Of a stretch of 64,000 nucleotides of DNA, positions 11,151 to 21,584 are shown piece after piece. The notes below the pieces were generated by a model, which did no database searches, was not told where the DNA came from, and worked only from the letters and a program-made list of their open reading frames with translations. The position numbers and the translations under genes are program-made. This DNA comes from an uncultured Methanoregulaceae archaeon (lineage in GTDB: Archaea; Halobacteriota; Methanomicrobia; Methanomicrobiales; Methanospirillaceae). The stretch's first letter is position 1. Each line of letters begins with the position of its first letter. Location: positions 192,001 through 256,000 of the forward strand of contig CAVTTL010000001.1 in NCBI GenBank assembly GCA_963737635.1. The letters are read 5' to 3'.

Positions 11151-11274
11151 TATCACTTATTAGTGATACTTTATTAATGTATCACTGATAAGTATCTCTG
11201 TTTAGTGATATATATATTAAGATATCACTGATAAGTACTTCTATTTAGTGATAGGTATATGAAGGTATCACTGA
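11151..11274. promoter_or_regulatory. Array of inverted-repeat operators upstream of the AbiE-like operon
   Basis: TTAGTGATA-N11/12-TATCACTGA at 11160, 11202, 11245 (period 42-43 bp) plus palindrome TATCACTTATTAGTGATA 11151-11168. Confidence 0.8.
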
Positions 11275-11416
11275 TAAAAATGATAATCCAATGAGCTTTT
11301 CCATGACTTCTGTGGGAAAAGTACGGTCTCTCAAATTCGTCAGACACTATCTGACTAATTCGTGATGGTATGAGCGTTTTTTGTCCTGATGTGGTCTATA
11401 CCTCGTTTTCTCCTAC

Positions 11417-11539
11417 CTCATTGTTGGTTGTCGTATGGGTTGTCGTACCGTTGTAGCAATGAGCGATTCGTCCTTTTTTGGTTTGCCGAAGCCATCGAAC
11501 TGCATCTCAGCGCACTTGCCCGGGATGGCATCCCCCCTC
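11417..11539. repeat. Diverged duplicate of 8916-8978 joined to a duplicate of the hicB 3' part (9256-9311)
   Basis: ttgccgaagccatcga(a/g)ctgcatctc(a/g)g(c/t)gcacttgcccgggatggcatcccc shared with hicB. Confidence 0.85.
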
Positions 11540-11875
11540 GGTTCTGATACGTTGGCGGTTGACGGGGGATTTTTTCCGGGATGAAAACGTGGAGCCGTTA
11601 ACGTATCAGGACCGGTAAAAGCATAATTAAAATCCCCTCGGCGATTTCGATGAAGTGATCGCTGCACTTGTGCTCTGTAATGACAACCAGATCATAACGC
11701 GGGATCGTCATTTTGAAAAAATCCCCCACCTTTCCGTAATACCATACTGATAGTGTCTCCCCTTGGCACCACGTGGGAGAAACCGGTCTTCCTCAGGTTT
11801 TTCCTTTTTTTAGTCAACATCAACCGGTTATGACGATATCGTTTTTCGTTATCCAGGCAACGCGAACGATACGGG

Positions 11876-12238
11876 TTACTTTCCCTGGATCTTCGCGAGC
11901 GCCTCTGCCGCTTTTGCGCGGGTTGTTTCGTCGGCATCCTTCAGTGCCTCGGTGAGCGCCCCGACCGCTTTTACCGATTTTATCTCGCCCAGTGCCCATG
12001 CAGCCCCGTGCCGGACGTACACATGGCTGTCTTTGAGGGCCTGGATGAGCGGTTCGACTGCTTTTTCTGCTTTGAGCTGTCCCAGGGCGCCGGCAGCGGA
12101 TGAACGGACTATTTCATCTTTGCCCTTTTTGAGGTCCTGTAGTAACTGCTCGACCTTTTTTTCCACCGGTCCGGGAGCGGCCGCGCCAGGATTGCCGGCA
12201 CTTGTCTTTGCCTTCTTTTTGTTGTTGAATACCTGCAT
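11876..12238 (-). CDS. HEAT-repeat (PBS lyase-like) protein
   Basis: VRSSAAGALGQL..EKAVEPLIQALKD..VRHGAAWALGEI repeats. Confidence 0.9.
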   Translation of the reverse strand: MQVFNNKKKAKTSAGNPGAAAPGPVEKKVEQLLQDLKKGKDEIVRSSAAGALGQLKAEKAVEPLIQALKDSHVYVRHGAAWALGEIKSVKAVGALTEALKDADETTRAKAAEALAKIQGK

Positions 12239-12563
12239 GCTGTTTCAACTCCTGTACTCATATCATCCGCGTGGACACCGGGATGGTACGTGTTTTTTTC
12301 GTACTCATGAGACCATTAAAAGATCTCTCCTGAAAATCAGGTGGTGAAACACCGTTTGCAATGTTCTCCCGTGTGTTGTTTCCTAACGTTTAAATAACAA
12401 AATGTAAAATGTGCTATACATTGTCTTTCGCGGATGCTGCTTTTCGGTATCAGCGAAGAACGAGGGAAACGAGCGGGGAGTATATACCGGATCTTCTTTT
12501 TCGCGGAGATCGCCCTAAAGAAAAACCGCCCCGTGGTTACCGATACTGGAGCTGAATTCTGAA

Positions 12564-13109
12564 ATGGGAAAAATCATTCTGGTTGTTTCTGCGTCTGCGA
12601 AAGGATCTACGCCCGAGATAGCACAGGCACTGGGAAACGAGCTGCAGGAAGCAGGATATTCCGTCGAAGTGGCCGATACAAACGATATCGTTTCACTCAA
12701 AGGCTGTACAGCGGTTGTTTTTGGCATCCCACTCTCGACCGTATGTTCAGGAAAGGACGACCTGTGCAGTTTCAAGCACCAGTTCAGCAAAGAGCTCGCT
12801 CAGATACCGGTCGCTGCATTCAGTGCGGGACTCTTCTATGAAGGGTTAAAGCAGGAACGAATTGACGCTCTTATGACGACCCTCAAGGAAATACTCTCCC
12901 CGCTCCAGCCGCTGGCGACCGGTGTATTTGTCGGTACGCTGGGACAGGAAAAAGCAAAGCCGGAAAACGGCGGGTACACCACCCTGCAATCGCCTGGACC
13001 GTTCCCGGACCCGGGTAAAATCCGGGACTGGGCACAGGCATTGCCTTCGCTTCTGGACCTGCGTCCGTCCGGCACGCGCATTGCCGGTACTCCCCGGGGT
13101 GGTGTATGA
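12564..13109 (+). CDS. Flavodoxin-domain protein (HemG-like)
   Basis: ILVVSASAKGSTPEIAQAL, AVVFGIP, DPGKIRDWAQAL. Confidence 0.75.
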   Translation: MGKIILVVSASAKGSTPEIAQALGNELQEAGYSVEVADTNDIVSLKGCTAVVFGIPLSTVCSGKDDLCSFKHQFSKELAQIPVAAFSAGLFYEGLKQERIDALMTTLKEILSPLQPLATGVFVGTLGQEKAKPENGGYTTLQSPGPFPDPGKIRDWAQALPSLLDLRPSGTRIAGTPRGGV

Positions 13110-13591
13110 CCGCACCACCGGATCCGCAACCTGCGGAACCACACAAAAAGGATTACCTGCATCACCTGAATGCCCTTGCGCTGGTGGGATGTATCCTTCT
13201 TATCGCACTGGTATTCCTTTTTATTGCACTGGTTTCAAGCGGACAGAACACAGGAAGTGCCGCTGGCGGCGTTTCTCCGGGAAACGGCCCGGTAGCATCA
13301 GAGATGCCGGTCGCAGAAATTACCACAAAAATGGTCACCTGCCAGGTCACGGGCGTGTTAAGTCTCACCGGGATGGTCAAGAGCAATGTCAATCGCCAGC
13401 TCTTCGTGCAGATTGAGGGTAACGCGTACGATGCTGAGGGTGACCAGCTGGGTACCGGCTCTGATACTGTCGCTCTCGATCCTGAAGGCACGAGCTCCTA
13501 CCACATTCGTATCATTGACGGCTGCCAGCTGGGAGAGACCGGGACGTATGATGTGCGGATTACCAATATCAACTGGCGCCATACCGATTGA
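13106..13591 (+). CDS. Membrane-anchored FxLYD-like domain protein
   Basis: Single TM; TGMVKSN...VQIEGNAYDAEGDQLG...LDP pattern. Confidence 0.65.
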   Translation: MTAPPDPQPAEPHKKDYLHHLNALALVGCILLIALVFLFIALVSSGQNTGSAAGGVSPGNGPVASEMPVAEITTKMVTCQVTGVLSLTGMVKSNVNRQLFVQIEGNAYDAEGDQLGTGSDTVALDPEGTSSYHIRIIDGCQLGETGTYDVRITNINWRHTD

Positions 13592-13627
13592 AAAAAGCCG
13601 GTACAGGAATTGCGGCAGATCATACCT

Positions 13628-13942
13628 TTAATTATTCATCGTGATCCGGTGAGATGACGCCACGGTATAGATCTTCAGTTCTGTGGGGGCCGCGTGCCAG
13701 GGTGCGGTCTTTGCAAAAAATTCCCGCATGTGGGGCTGTTCCCGGTGGGCGTCGAGATGACGCTGGCTTTCCCATTCTTCAAGAAAATGCACTTCTGCGG
13801 GAGAAATCACGCTGGCAACCAGTTCGTACCTGGTGCACCCGGCCTCGCTCCTGACCAGCGGCAGGATCTTTTCTGCTTCCCGGATAAACTCCCGGTGCAG
13901 TTCCGGCACCAGGATAATCTTTGCATCAACCAGTATCAACAA
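13628..13942 (-). CDS. Antibiotic biosynthesis monooxygenase (ABM) family protein
   Basis: VRSEAGCTRYEL, FLEEWES..HLDAH..QPHM. Confidence 0.9.
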   Translation of the reverse strand: MLILVDAKIILVPELHREFIREAEKILPLVRSEAGCTRYELVASVISPAEVHFLEEWESQRHLDAHREQPHMREFFAKTAPWHAAPTELKIYTVASSHRITMNN

Positions 13943-14053
13943 TCATCAACTCCTGCCGATGTACAAAACGAGTGATTCCAACGATATTAAAACACTGTAT
14001 GAAAGGAAAAGAGTTCACCAACCCTAAAGGAAGGAACGGTTTAACGCGGGTGA

Positions 14054-14188
14054 TTAGTTCTTTTCTTTAGACTCCAGATAAAAATCGATCAACCGGTTGA
14101 TGATGGTGTCATAACTTTCTGACTTCTTCCCTAAATCCGCTAATTTGTCCCTCGTCGCTGTCTGGATCTTGACGGTCGTCAGTGGCAT
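14054..14188 (-). CDS. Small ribbon-helix-helix / antitoxin-like protein (44 aa, below ORF-track cut-off)
   Basis: Manual translation MPLTTVKIQTATRDKLADLGKKSESYDTIINRLIDFYLESKEKN. Confidence 0.75.
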   Translation of the reverse strand: MPLTTVKIQTATRDKLADLGKKSESYDTIINRLIDFYLESKEKN

Positions 14189-14293
14189 AGCATGTTAATC
14201 TGTGAAGGTAGTCATAAGTATGTAATCCGTGTATAGGTGGATAATACGCGTATATGGGGATAAATTTATGCATTACGGATACCTCTTATCTTC

Positions 14294-14702
14294 ATGCAAC
14301 ATTCTCACGTGATAGGCGTTGTTTGTATGATGGTGTGCATGGTGAGTGCCCTCTTTGCGGGGTGTACGAGTTCAGCACCTTCTGACAGCGGTTCAACGCA
14401 AACAGTATCGCCAGCGTCGTCCACGTCGGCCACACAGGACGATCTCACGCTGGTTGAATCGCATCTGGCAGCAGGAGATGATGGAGAAACCTATGTTGCC
14501 GGGACCATCAGGAGCAATGTGGATAGGCAGTTGAGCTATGTCGAGGTTACGATCGCTGAGTACCGATTCCTCAGGAGCGCAGGTAGGATCGACCATGGAT
14601 AATATGAATGACCTTGAACCGTACGGCACATGGAAGTTCAAGGCGCCGGTGCTGGACAATGACGCCACCCGGTTTAAAGTGACGCAGATTACCGGTCGGT
14701 AA
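14294..14702 (+). CDS. FxLYD-domain lipoprotein (frameshift near 14563)
   Basis: Signal peptide LFAGC; YVAGTIRSN..LSYVEVTIAEY then shifted frame SSGAQVGSTMDNMNDLEPYGTWKFKA. Confidence 0.75.
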
Positions 14703-14771
14703 GATCCTTCTTTTTTCTACTCTTTTGGGATTGGTTCTGGTACGTCGGCGAATTGATGGCTGGCAGGAAAA

Positions 14772-15242
14772 TTAATTAAAATATCCTAATTTTTCGAGTA
14801 TCTTCTTGACAATGATCATTCCGTTGCCGTGGTGTTCCTGAGCATCGAGGAAAACCGCTCCGATGAGGGCTTCGAATACGGTGTCGAGTGCCTGGTCTCC
14901 TTTGATCCATTCTTCGTTCTTTTTTTCTCCTTCGCCCCAGAGAACGTATTTTTCTAGATGATGCTTTTCCGCAAACCCCCGGGTTCTTTCACGTTTCACT
15001 TCATTGGATTTTTCTATCGTAAGTTTTCCCGGATCACGTGTTCCTTCCTTATACAAATGGCACACGGTCACGGCATCGAGAATCGCATCGCCGACCGTAG
15101 CAAGCGGATCCATGCATTCCTTAATTTCATGATGCTCATTGATATATGCACGGCGGGTCAGTGCTGCGTCAAGCATTTTCCGATCCTGGAATCGGTATCC
15201 AATCAATTTCTCTAATTCTTTCGGTGACAGGGTTTCGGTCAT
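14772..15242 (-). CDS. Stand-alone ribonuclease III catalytic domain (no dsRBD)
   Basis: LEKLIGYRFQD..ML..ALT, LATVGDAIL, FEALIGAVFLD. Confidence 0.85.
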   Translation of the reverse strand: MTETLSPKELEKLIGYRFQDRKMLDAALTRRAYINEHHEIKECMDPLATVGDAILDAVTVCHLYKEGTRDPGKLTIEKSNEVKRERTRGFAEKHHLEKYVLWGEGEKKNEEWIKGDQALDTVFEALIGAVFLDAQEHHGNGMIIVKKILEKLGYFN

Positions 15243-15653
15243 GGGTATCAGTCCCTTATTTGTTGACTGTAGCTGCCCGGAATTATATACTTTATTTAAT
15301 ATTCTCTGTGATTCCTAGAATTGTCAGGTAATCCCGTGAGGCCAGGTAAATGCGGCACTCTGGCATTGCAGGGCACGAGATCGACAAACGCCTTCCGGGG
15401 CCGGCCGATGTCCCAGGACAGTATGCCCTGTTTATGTATTACCCAAAAAATCCATATCTCAAGATATTCGTATAGAAAATGTCGTTAATCTCTCCACATT
15501 GTTTGCGGGAGCTAATCAATAGATTTAAACTTTTTTAAATGTGAGTCAATTCCGAAATTTTACGACAAAAATAATATAGAAAGACATATAGTTTGTAGAA
15601 TTAATCCATACCTGTGGCGAAGAATAACCGAGTAAAGACAGCTCGAAAACGGT

Positions 15654-18143
15654 ATGGATAACAATAAACAAACCGTCTCGAAATGGGAAAACCTTTTTCA
15701 TGAGACAATTGAAAGCAGAATATTATGGAGTCTTAATAACGGTTATTTAAACTTCAATGGAAACAAAATTTCTCTCCATTCGATAAATCGCCAATCCCTC
15801 CTTTTTTTTAAAGCTGCGATGGTTAAAGAAACACCTGCACTTTTAGTATATCCTTCCTTGAAATTAACGGTCACACCACTTTTAGCACTTGAATCCCTGT
15901 ATTTTCGCATTTACGAAAAAAAACTACCCTCTGGTCGTAATCAATTGGTTGTATTCAGCAGCAGGGTCGAACTAAGAAAGGAGATCAAAGATAACTTTCT
16001 CGCTTTAAAAGTGAACACGATGCCTCTTGCCATAAATGTTTTCCCGGTTGGTAGAATCACATCTAGCGGAGATATCATTAAAATATCAAAAACAGATCTT
16101 GAACCAAAACTGCTTATCTCTACGGGGCCAGTTGCACTGCCCAATCCAGAAATCTCAAAGAAGATCTTTGGTGCAATACTTGAAGCAACTTCAGATTTGA
16201 TGGAAAATCAAGCAAAAGAAATCTTTGACTGGGGAACCAAAAACTCGGTTCCGTTCATTTTCGTTATCTCATCGGACCCTCCCACCAATCTCGCAAAATT
16301 GATGATTGAAAAAAAATATCCTTATTGGGGGTGGGATTCGGCAACATTAAATTCAGATTGTAAAATTGATGAAACAGATCTTGAAACTGGAAAATTTAAT
16401 TTCGGACAACCGTTTTGTAGAGATTATCTTGAGATTCGAACAAAAGCCAGTGGTGTAAAAAAGGTCATTGCTCCGGTTAAAGAAAAGACGTTAAATTTAA
16501 TGCTAATTGAAATTCGAAAAGACTATTATGAGTTATCTATTTCTGCAAAATCACTTAATTTATCGGCAGCTAGCGATATAGCGAGACGTTTTCTTGGATG
16601 CATTTATGGTCTCGAAGAGATGACATCCCCAATTGACTACGCAGAATTTGAATTATCTAAACGATGGGGTACAATCCCATTGAAGGAGAGGATCATTGCT
16701 TTGAGAAATCAATGCTCTGCAATAAATGCAGAAAACCCACTCTTCGCTTCTTTTGCAACTCGTTCGTCTGATAAGCTTATTGATATCTATAAATATTTGG
16801 CTGAAAAAAAGACCGGCAAGCATTTGATAATACTTCAGATTATTAAGGAAGCGCTAATTAATAAAAAAACCGTCCTTTTCATTACAAAAAATGAGGCTCT
16901 CAATGAAGCGCTGAAAAAGTATCTGAAAAATGAGAGAGATTTGGATATTTCTCATCTAAAAAAACTGCATATCGTTTTTCTTGCGGCCAGCAGAATTTAT
17001 AAAAGCACCGAAGAACAGCAATTATTTGACACATGTATTTTATACGGTTGCCCCCGCTACTATCAAAAAGACATTTTCTCATATGCACGAGCTCGCCGCG
17101 TAGGAATTATTGCATATGAATCAGAAATACCTGCGATAAAATACATTCAAAATGAAATAGATCAAGTTCAAAATTACTTCTCGGACGCTTCGAAAACAAG
17201 TATTGTAAAGAGACTAACCGGCAGTGTGCCAAAAGAAACAGCTTTAGCGGTTAAACCAGCTCAAGAATTAATTAAAACCGAATTAATATTTATTAGTCCC
17301 CAAGATGCTGAAATGGGGGATATTTCGCCTGAGTCGATACTAACGAATTTTTTATCGTTAGATTGGGCGGTTGATTTTGAATGCCTAACTGAAGCTGAAG
17401 CCAAATCGGTAGATGAGAGGCTAAAAAAAGACTTTTCGAATCCAACGAAAGCTGTAATGATTAAGTTGCAACGCGGGAGACATATTTTTCTCCACGAAGA
17501 GAAACCAATTCAAATATACGACGATTCAACGGAGAAGGTTAAAGACCGTTTGGCGAAGAATCTAAAAAAAGGAGAATTTCTTATTCTTGTTGAGGATTCA
17601 ACTCGCAAATCTCTTGCTCAATCCGTCATAAGCAAAGTTAAATCACACCCCTCTATGATGAAAGTAGTGGTGTATCAGAAAGCTTGGTCATTTTATCTCA
17701 AACAGGCCCTTGAAGAGAGTCAGGACAGTTTTCTCGATGTAATTGAAAAACTTCACAATCGAGGAGCTGGTGAGCCAAATACGGCAATGTCAATATACCA
17801 ATGGATGAGCGGCGTAATTCTCGGACCCGGTGATTTAGAGAACATTAGGCGCATCGGCGAAATATATGATAAACCGTTTTTAGTGAATAATTACAAAGAA
17901 ATCATTGGAGCAATTTTACGGCTTCGGACGATTCACCGAAGTCTTGCAAAGCGTTTAAACAGATTAATACCTTTTGCAGGTATTGAAGCGGACAGAGGGA
18001 GGATTGAAAATGCAGTGATAGATGAGGAACTAGATCTTTATTTAGAAGATTTTGTAAACGTTGTCTCAGTTGAGCGTATCGAATCTGCAGAAATTGTTGA
18101 AATGTCTTCAGATAAAGTTCTTGACAGAGTAGTTTCAAATTAG
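15654..18143 (+). CDS. drmE: DISARM class II DrmE-like protein
   Basis: 829 aa directly upstream of DrmA-like helicase; degenerate helicase-like core; C-terminal NLKKGEFLIL...SIYQWMSG..GPGD.ENIRRIG pattern recalled from DrmE. Confidence 0.7.
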   Translation: MDNNKQTVSKWENLFHETIESRILWSLNNGYLNFNGNKISLHSINRQSLLFFKAAMVKETPALLVYPSLKLTVTPLLALESLYFRIYEKKLPSGRNQLVVFSSRVELRKEIKDNFLALKVNTMPLAINVFPVGRITSSGDIIKISKTDLEPKLLISTGPVALPNPEISKKIFGAILEATSDLMENQAKEIFDWGTKNSVPFIFVISSDPPTNLAKLMIEKKYPYWGWDSATLNSDCKIDETDLETGKFNFGQPFCRDYLEIRTKASGVKKVIAPVKEKTLNLMLIEIRKDYYELSISAKSLNLSAASDIARRFLGCIYGLEEMTSPIDYAEFELSKRWGTIPLKERIIALRNQCSAINAENPLFASFATRSSDKLIDIYKYLAEKKTGKHLIILQIIKEALINKKTVLFITKNEALNEALKKYLKNERDLDISHLKKLHIVFLAASRIYKSTEEQQLFDTCILYGCPRYYQKDIFSYARARRVGIIAYESEIPAIKYIQNEIDQVQNYFSDASKTSIVKRLTGSVPKETALAVKPAQELIKTELIFISPQDAEMGDISPESILTNFLSLDWAVDFECLTEAEAKSVDERLKKDFSNPTKAVMIKLQRGRHIFLHEEKPIQIYDDSTEKVKDRLAKNLKKGEFLILVEDSTRKSLAQSVISKVKSHPSMMKVVVYQKAWSFYLKQALEESQDSFLDVIEKLHNRGAGEPNTAMSIYQWMSGVILGPGDLENIRRIGEIYDKPFLVNNYKEIIGAILRLRTIHRSLAKRLNRLIPFAGIEADRGRIENAVIDEELDLYLEDFVNVVSVERIESAEIVEMSSDKVLDRVVSN

Positions 18144-18152
18144 GGTGATTTT

Positions 18153-21100
18153 GTGGTTGAATGTACTGGTGCAAATAACATTGTAAGAGGGAAATTCGTA
18201 AAGAAAATCCTTGAAAATATCCGATCTGTTGCTGATGGTTCAGCTTTCGATAGAGTCCTCGATGAAAAACCATCGAAAAAATTATTTATAGGTAACCTTA
18301 GTCCAAAAAAGAAATTGTCTGAAGTATCGTATATTTACTCAAAAACTGCTCCTTCGTCAGTTGGATTTGATGTTTTACTGTCTAAAAAAAATGCCGAAAA
18401 TGACAAAATTCGAATTAAAGTGAAGATTGCGTTCTATTATAAGGTTTTTCCAACTCGAGAGGAGCAAAAAGAGGTTTTCAAACAGCAGGATGAAGGGATA
18501 TATAGTCGAGATTCTTCCGGAATGGACTTGGAATTTGATGGCGAAAAAAGTGATTCATCTGACTCAGGTTACCGTCTTCGGACCGCATATGTAAAGACTA
18601 AACCAATTGAAATAGAAATTAACAAAAAAATCTCCGATTTAATTAACAAAGATTTGAATGGTTCTGGCCGTTTTCCCGAAGCTGATCGAATCGTCGCAAA
18701 AGCTAAAGAGGTTTTTAATAATGATTCGAATCGCTTCCGTTCTTCGAGAAATTCCGGTTTGAGCAGCGAATCAAGACATAAAGAGCCAAATGTTCCAAGA
18801 ATCGCGTTAGCGACAGCGGAATCCTGGCAAGATTTTATCCAGAAATGGGGGGAAAGAATTCCCGAACCCAAATGGAATGTTCAGATTTCATACAAAATAG
18901 CAGAATTCAATAATGACATCATTAAATTAACACTCATCGTTGAGAATGCACTTGAGGAGAACCAGGAAAAACAAGATATTGAAAATTCATTATTTGAGAC
19001 GGCTCTTTCCGTTGAGCCTATAGGTTTTGCTTTTAAGGACTATGTCCTCGAATATCTCAAAGACGACTATAAATATGACGGCAATATCCACGCTAGTGGA
19101 ATTAACTGTTCTACAGTGAAAGATGGCAATATTATCCGCATTGAACATATGCCGATTTTTATTCAGAAAAAATACAAATCAACCCAGTATGTCGATCCAA
19201 ATTTTAATATCTTATCAATGAATCCTGTACCCCTTTTAAAAACACTTTCTGACTTGATGGTCACAGAAATCAATGATCTTGAACAGAAGTTTAAGCAACG
19301 GATCGATTTAACAGATCAGGCTCGAAACCTCTTTAGAAAGGATATTAACGATTTTAAAGGAGAGGTGAGACGGTTTAATGATGGGATCGCTTGCCTTGAG
19401 AACGACCCTCAAGCGATGGAAGCGTTTTCATTAATGAATAAAGCATTTGCACAATCTAGTAAAGGTTTCTCATCTTGGCGTCTTTTTCAAATTGCATTTA
19501 TCGTAATGGAGATTCCAGATATTTTAACAGCATCTGGCAGAGGAAGTTCGACTACTTTAGGAGATGTCGATTTAATTTACTTCCCCACTGGCGGAGGGAA
19601 AACTGAGGCATATCTGGGTCTTGTGGTATTCACAGTTTTTTTTGATCGATTACGAGGGAAGAAGGAGGGTGTATCCGCAATCACGAGATTCCCTCTTAGA
19701 CTACTTTCACTTCAACAGCTTCAGAGAATTGCTGACATATTCGCAAAGGCAGAGATACTGAGAAGACGGCATCCGATAATTGGTTCAGCTGGATATGCTC
19801 CGTTCAGCACAGGATATTATGTCGGAAAAGATAATACACCGAATGAAGTCTATAAGGCAGGTTACCGAGAGAAAGAAACAATAGATGAAATTACACCGAT
19901 AAACACTGATTTAGATAGACAAGAGATATATAAAATCATTTCAACATGTCCTTTCTGCGGTCACGAATCGATTTCGATTCGAGGAGATCTCCCCTCACTT
20001 CGAATAATCCACCAATGTACTAATCCGAACTGTAAAGAAGAAATTCCCGTCTACATATCCGATCATGAAGTTTATCGGTATTTGCCGACATTCATCATTG
20101 CAACACTGGATAAAATGGCATCTGTTGGGTGGAGTAAAGAATTCAAGACTATTTTTGGTTCTGTATCCGGCAAATGCCCAAAACATGGTTTCTTTACCGG
20201 AGATCATTGTCTATATTGGAAAAAAAGCTATGATAAAGAAGATCCGAATCTATGTCAGATAGAAAAATACATTCCAGTAAAACTGTTTGACCCTGTCCCC
20301 ACTCTTATAATTCAGGATGAAATGCATTTAATACGGGAATCGCTTGGCACATACGATTCTCATTACGAGACGTTCATTGAACATTATACAAAAGAACTCT
20401 CTGGAGGCAAACTTGTAAAAATTATCGGCTCTTCTGCAACAATGACTGAATATTGGGGGCAGATTCGCCAGCTTTATATGAAAAATGGGCATCAATTTCC
20501 CTCAAATCGACATTTTTATGCTTGTGAGGATGATAATGAGACCTCCCGCTTAATCACCGGAATTATGCCCCACAACAAAACGGTAATTTTTGCAGTTTTA
20601 GATCTCATCGAAATGTATTATGAAGCAATCCATGACTTAAAAGAAAATCCCTCAAAAGCCCTCGCTATGAATGTAGGTTTTACGTCGACTGAAGAGGTAA
20701 TCCGAACTCTTAATGATTATGATCTCGGCTTAAGCTATAATTTAGTAAAATTAGAGGGGGATGCAATAAGCCAATCGATTCGGACCATGGTAAACGTTGA
20801 TCTTAAAAAAAGAAATATTCGCGAAATGTGCCCGGTAAAGATGACCGGAGATGTCACATTTCGTGACGTAAAAGACATCCTAAAAACAGTGGAGAGTAAC
20901 AATCCAAACAGTCATCTGGATTTGATTGTTGCCACGAGCATGATATCTCACGGTGTAGATATTGACAAAATGAATTATATGGTGTTCCGAGGCATGCCTA
21001 GAAACACCGCTGAATACATTCAAGCATACAGTCGGGTCGGAAGAAAATACCCTGGAATTATTTTTGTTGTTTTCAATCCAGCACGGGAGCGGGATCAAAG

Positions 21101-21584
21101 TTATTATAAGTATTTCACAAAATACCATGAATTTAAAGATATTCTTGTCGAGCCAGTTCCTTTGAATAGATGGGCAAAATTCGCAGTCAATAGGACTCTA
21201 CCCGGTATTTTCTCAGCCTATATTTTGAATTTTGTGAAAGATGAACATGGAAAAAGCCCATATATGACCAACACTTTTCGCGAGGCGATAGCCTCGCAGA
21301 CAATCACTGTTGATCAGATTACCAAATTTATCCTATCTTGCTATCAATGCAACGATCAAGATATGGGCCCATATTATCAGGATTACATTAGAAACAAGGT
21401 TATAAATTATGTCGACCGAATCCTTGCACATGACGGGAAGCCGGCTTTTATTCCAATGATTATGGCAGAAAAGCCGCTTACGAGCCTTAGAGATATGGAT
21501 ATACCAATTGAAATTTATCCGACGCGCGAAAGCTATCATCCAATGACTATGGTTCATGCACAATATTCACGGAGTGTTGAATAA
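18153..21584 (+). CDS. drmA: DISARM helicase DrmA (SF2)
   Basis: WRLFQIAFI, FPTGGGKTEAYLG, RFPLRLLSLQQ, IQDEMHL, ATSMISHGVDI, AEYIQAYSRVGR; CPFC/CTNPNC zinc motifs. Confidence 0.9.
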   Translation: MVECTGANNIVRGKFVKKILENIRSVADGSAFDRVLDEKPSKKLFIGNLSPKKKLSEVSYIYSKTAPSSVGFDVLLSKKNAENDKIRIKVKIAFYYKVFPTREEQKEVFKQQDEGIYSRDSSGMDLEFDGEKSDSSDSGYRLRTAYVKTKPIEIEINKKISDLINKDLNGSGRFPEADRIVAKAKEVFNNDSNRFRSSRNSGLSSESRHKEPNVPRIALATAESWQDFIQKWGERIPEPKWNVQISYKIAEFNNDIIKLTLIVENALEENQEKQDIENSLFETALSVEPIGFAFKDYVLEYLKDDYKYDGNIHASGINCSTVKDGNIIRIEHMPIFIQKKYKSTQYVDPNFNILSMNPVPLLKTLSDLMVTEINDLEQKFKQRIDLTDQARNLFRKDINDFKGEVRRFNDGIACLENDPQAMEAFSLMNKAFAQSSKGFSSWRLFQIAFIVMEIPDILTASGRGSSTTLGDVDLIYFPTGGGKTEAYLGLVVFTVFFDRLRGKKEGVSAITRFPLRLLSLQQLQRIADIFAKAEILRRRHPIIGSAGYAPFSTGYYVGKDNTPNEVYKAGYREKETIDEITPINTDLDRQEIYKIISTCPFCGHESISIRGDLPSLRIIHQCTNPNCKEEIPVYISDHEVYRYLPTFIIATLDKMASVGWSKEFKTIFGSVSGKCPKHGFFTGDHCLYWKKSYDKEDPNLCQIEKYIPVKLFDPVPTLIIQDEMHLIRESLGTYDSHYETFIEHYTKELSGGKLVKIIGSSATMTEYWGQIRQLYMKNGHQFPSNRHFYACEDDNETSRLITGIMPHNKTVIFAVLDLIEMYYEAIHDLKENPSKALAMNVGFTSTEEVIRTLNDYDLGLSYNLVKLEGDAISQSIRTMVNVDLKKRNIREMCPVKMTGDVTFRDVKDILKTVESNNPNSHLDLIVATSMISHGVDIDKMNYMVFRGMPRNTAEYIQAYSRVGRKYPGIIFVVFNPARERDQSYYKYFTKYHEFKDILVEPVPLNRWAKFAVNRTLPGIFSAYILNFVKDEHGKSPYMTNTFREAIASQTITVDQITKFILSCYQCNDQDMGPYYQDYIRNKVINYVDRILAHDGKPAFIPMIMAEKPLTSLRDMDIPIEIYPTRESYHPMTMVHAQYSRSVE

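Noticed and set aside
11151-11274. Possible mini CRISPR array
   Set aside because: Variable parts are only 7-12 bp, units are internally palindromic operators, and no cas genes are present in the window
8916-11479. Integron attC sites
   Set aside because: The hairpin elements lack the RYYYAAC...GTTRRRY ends and no integron integrase is present
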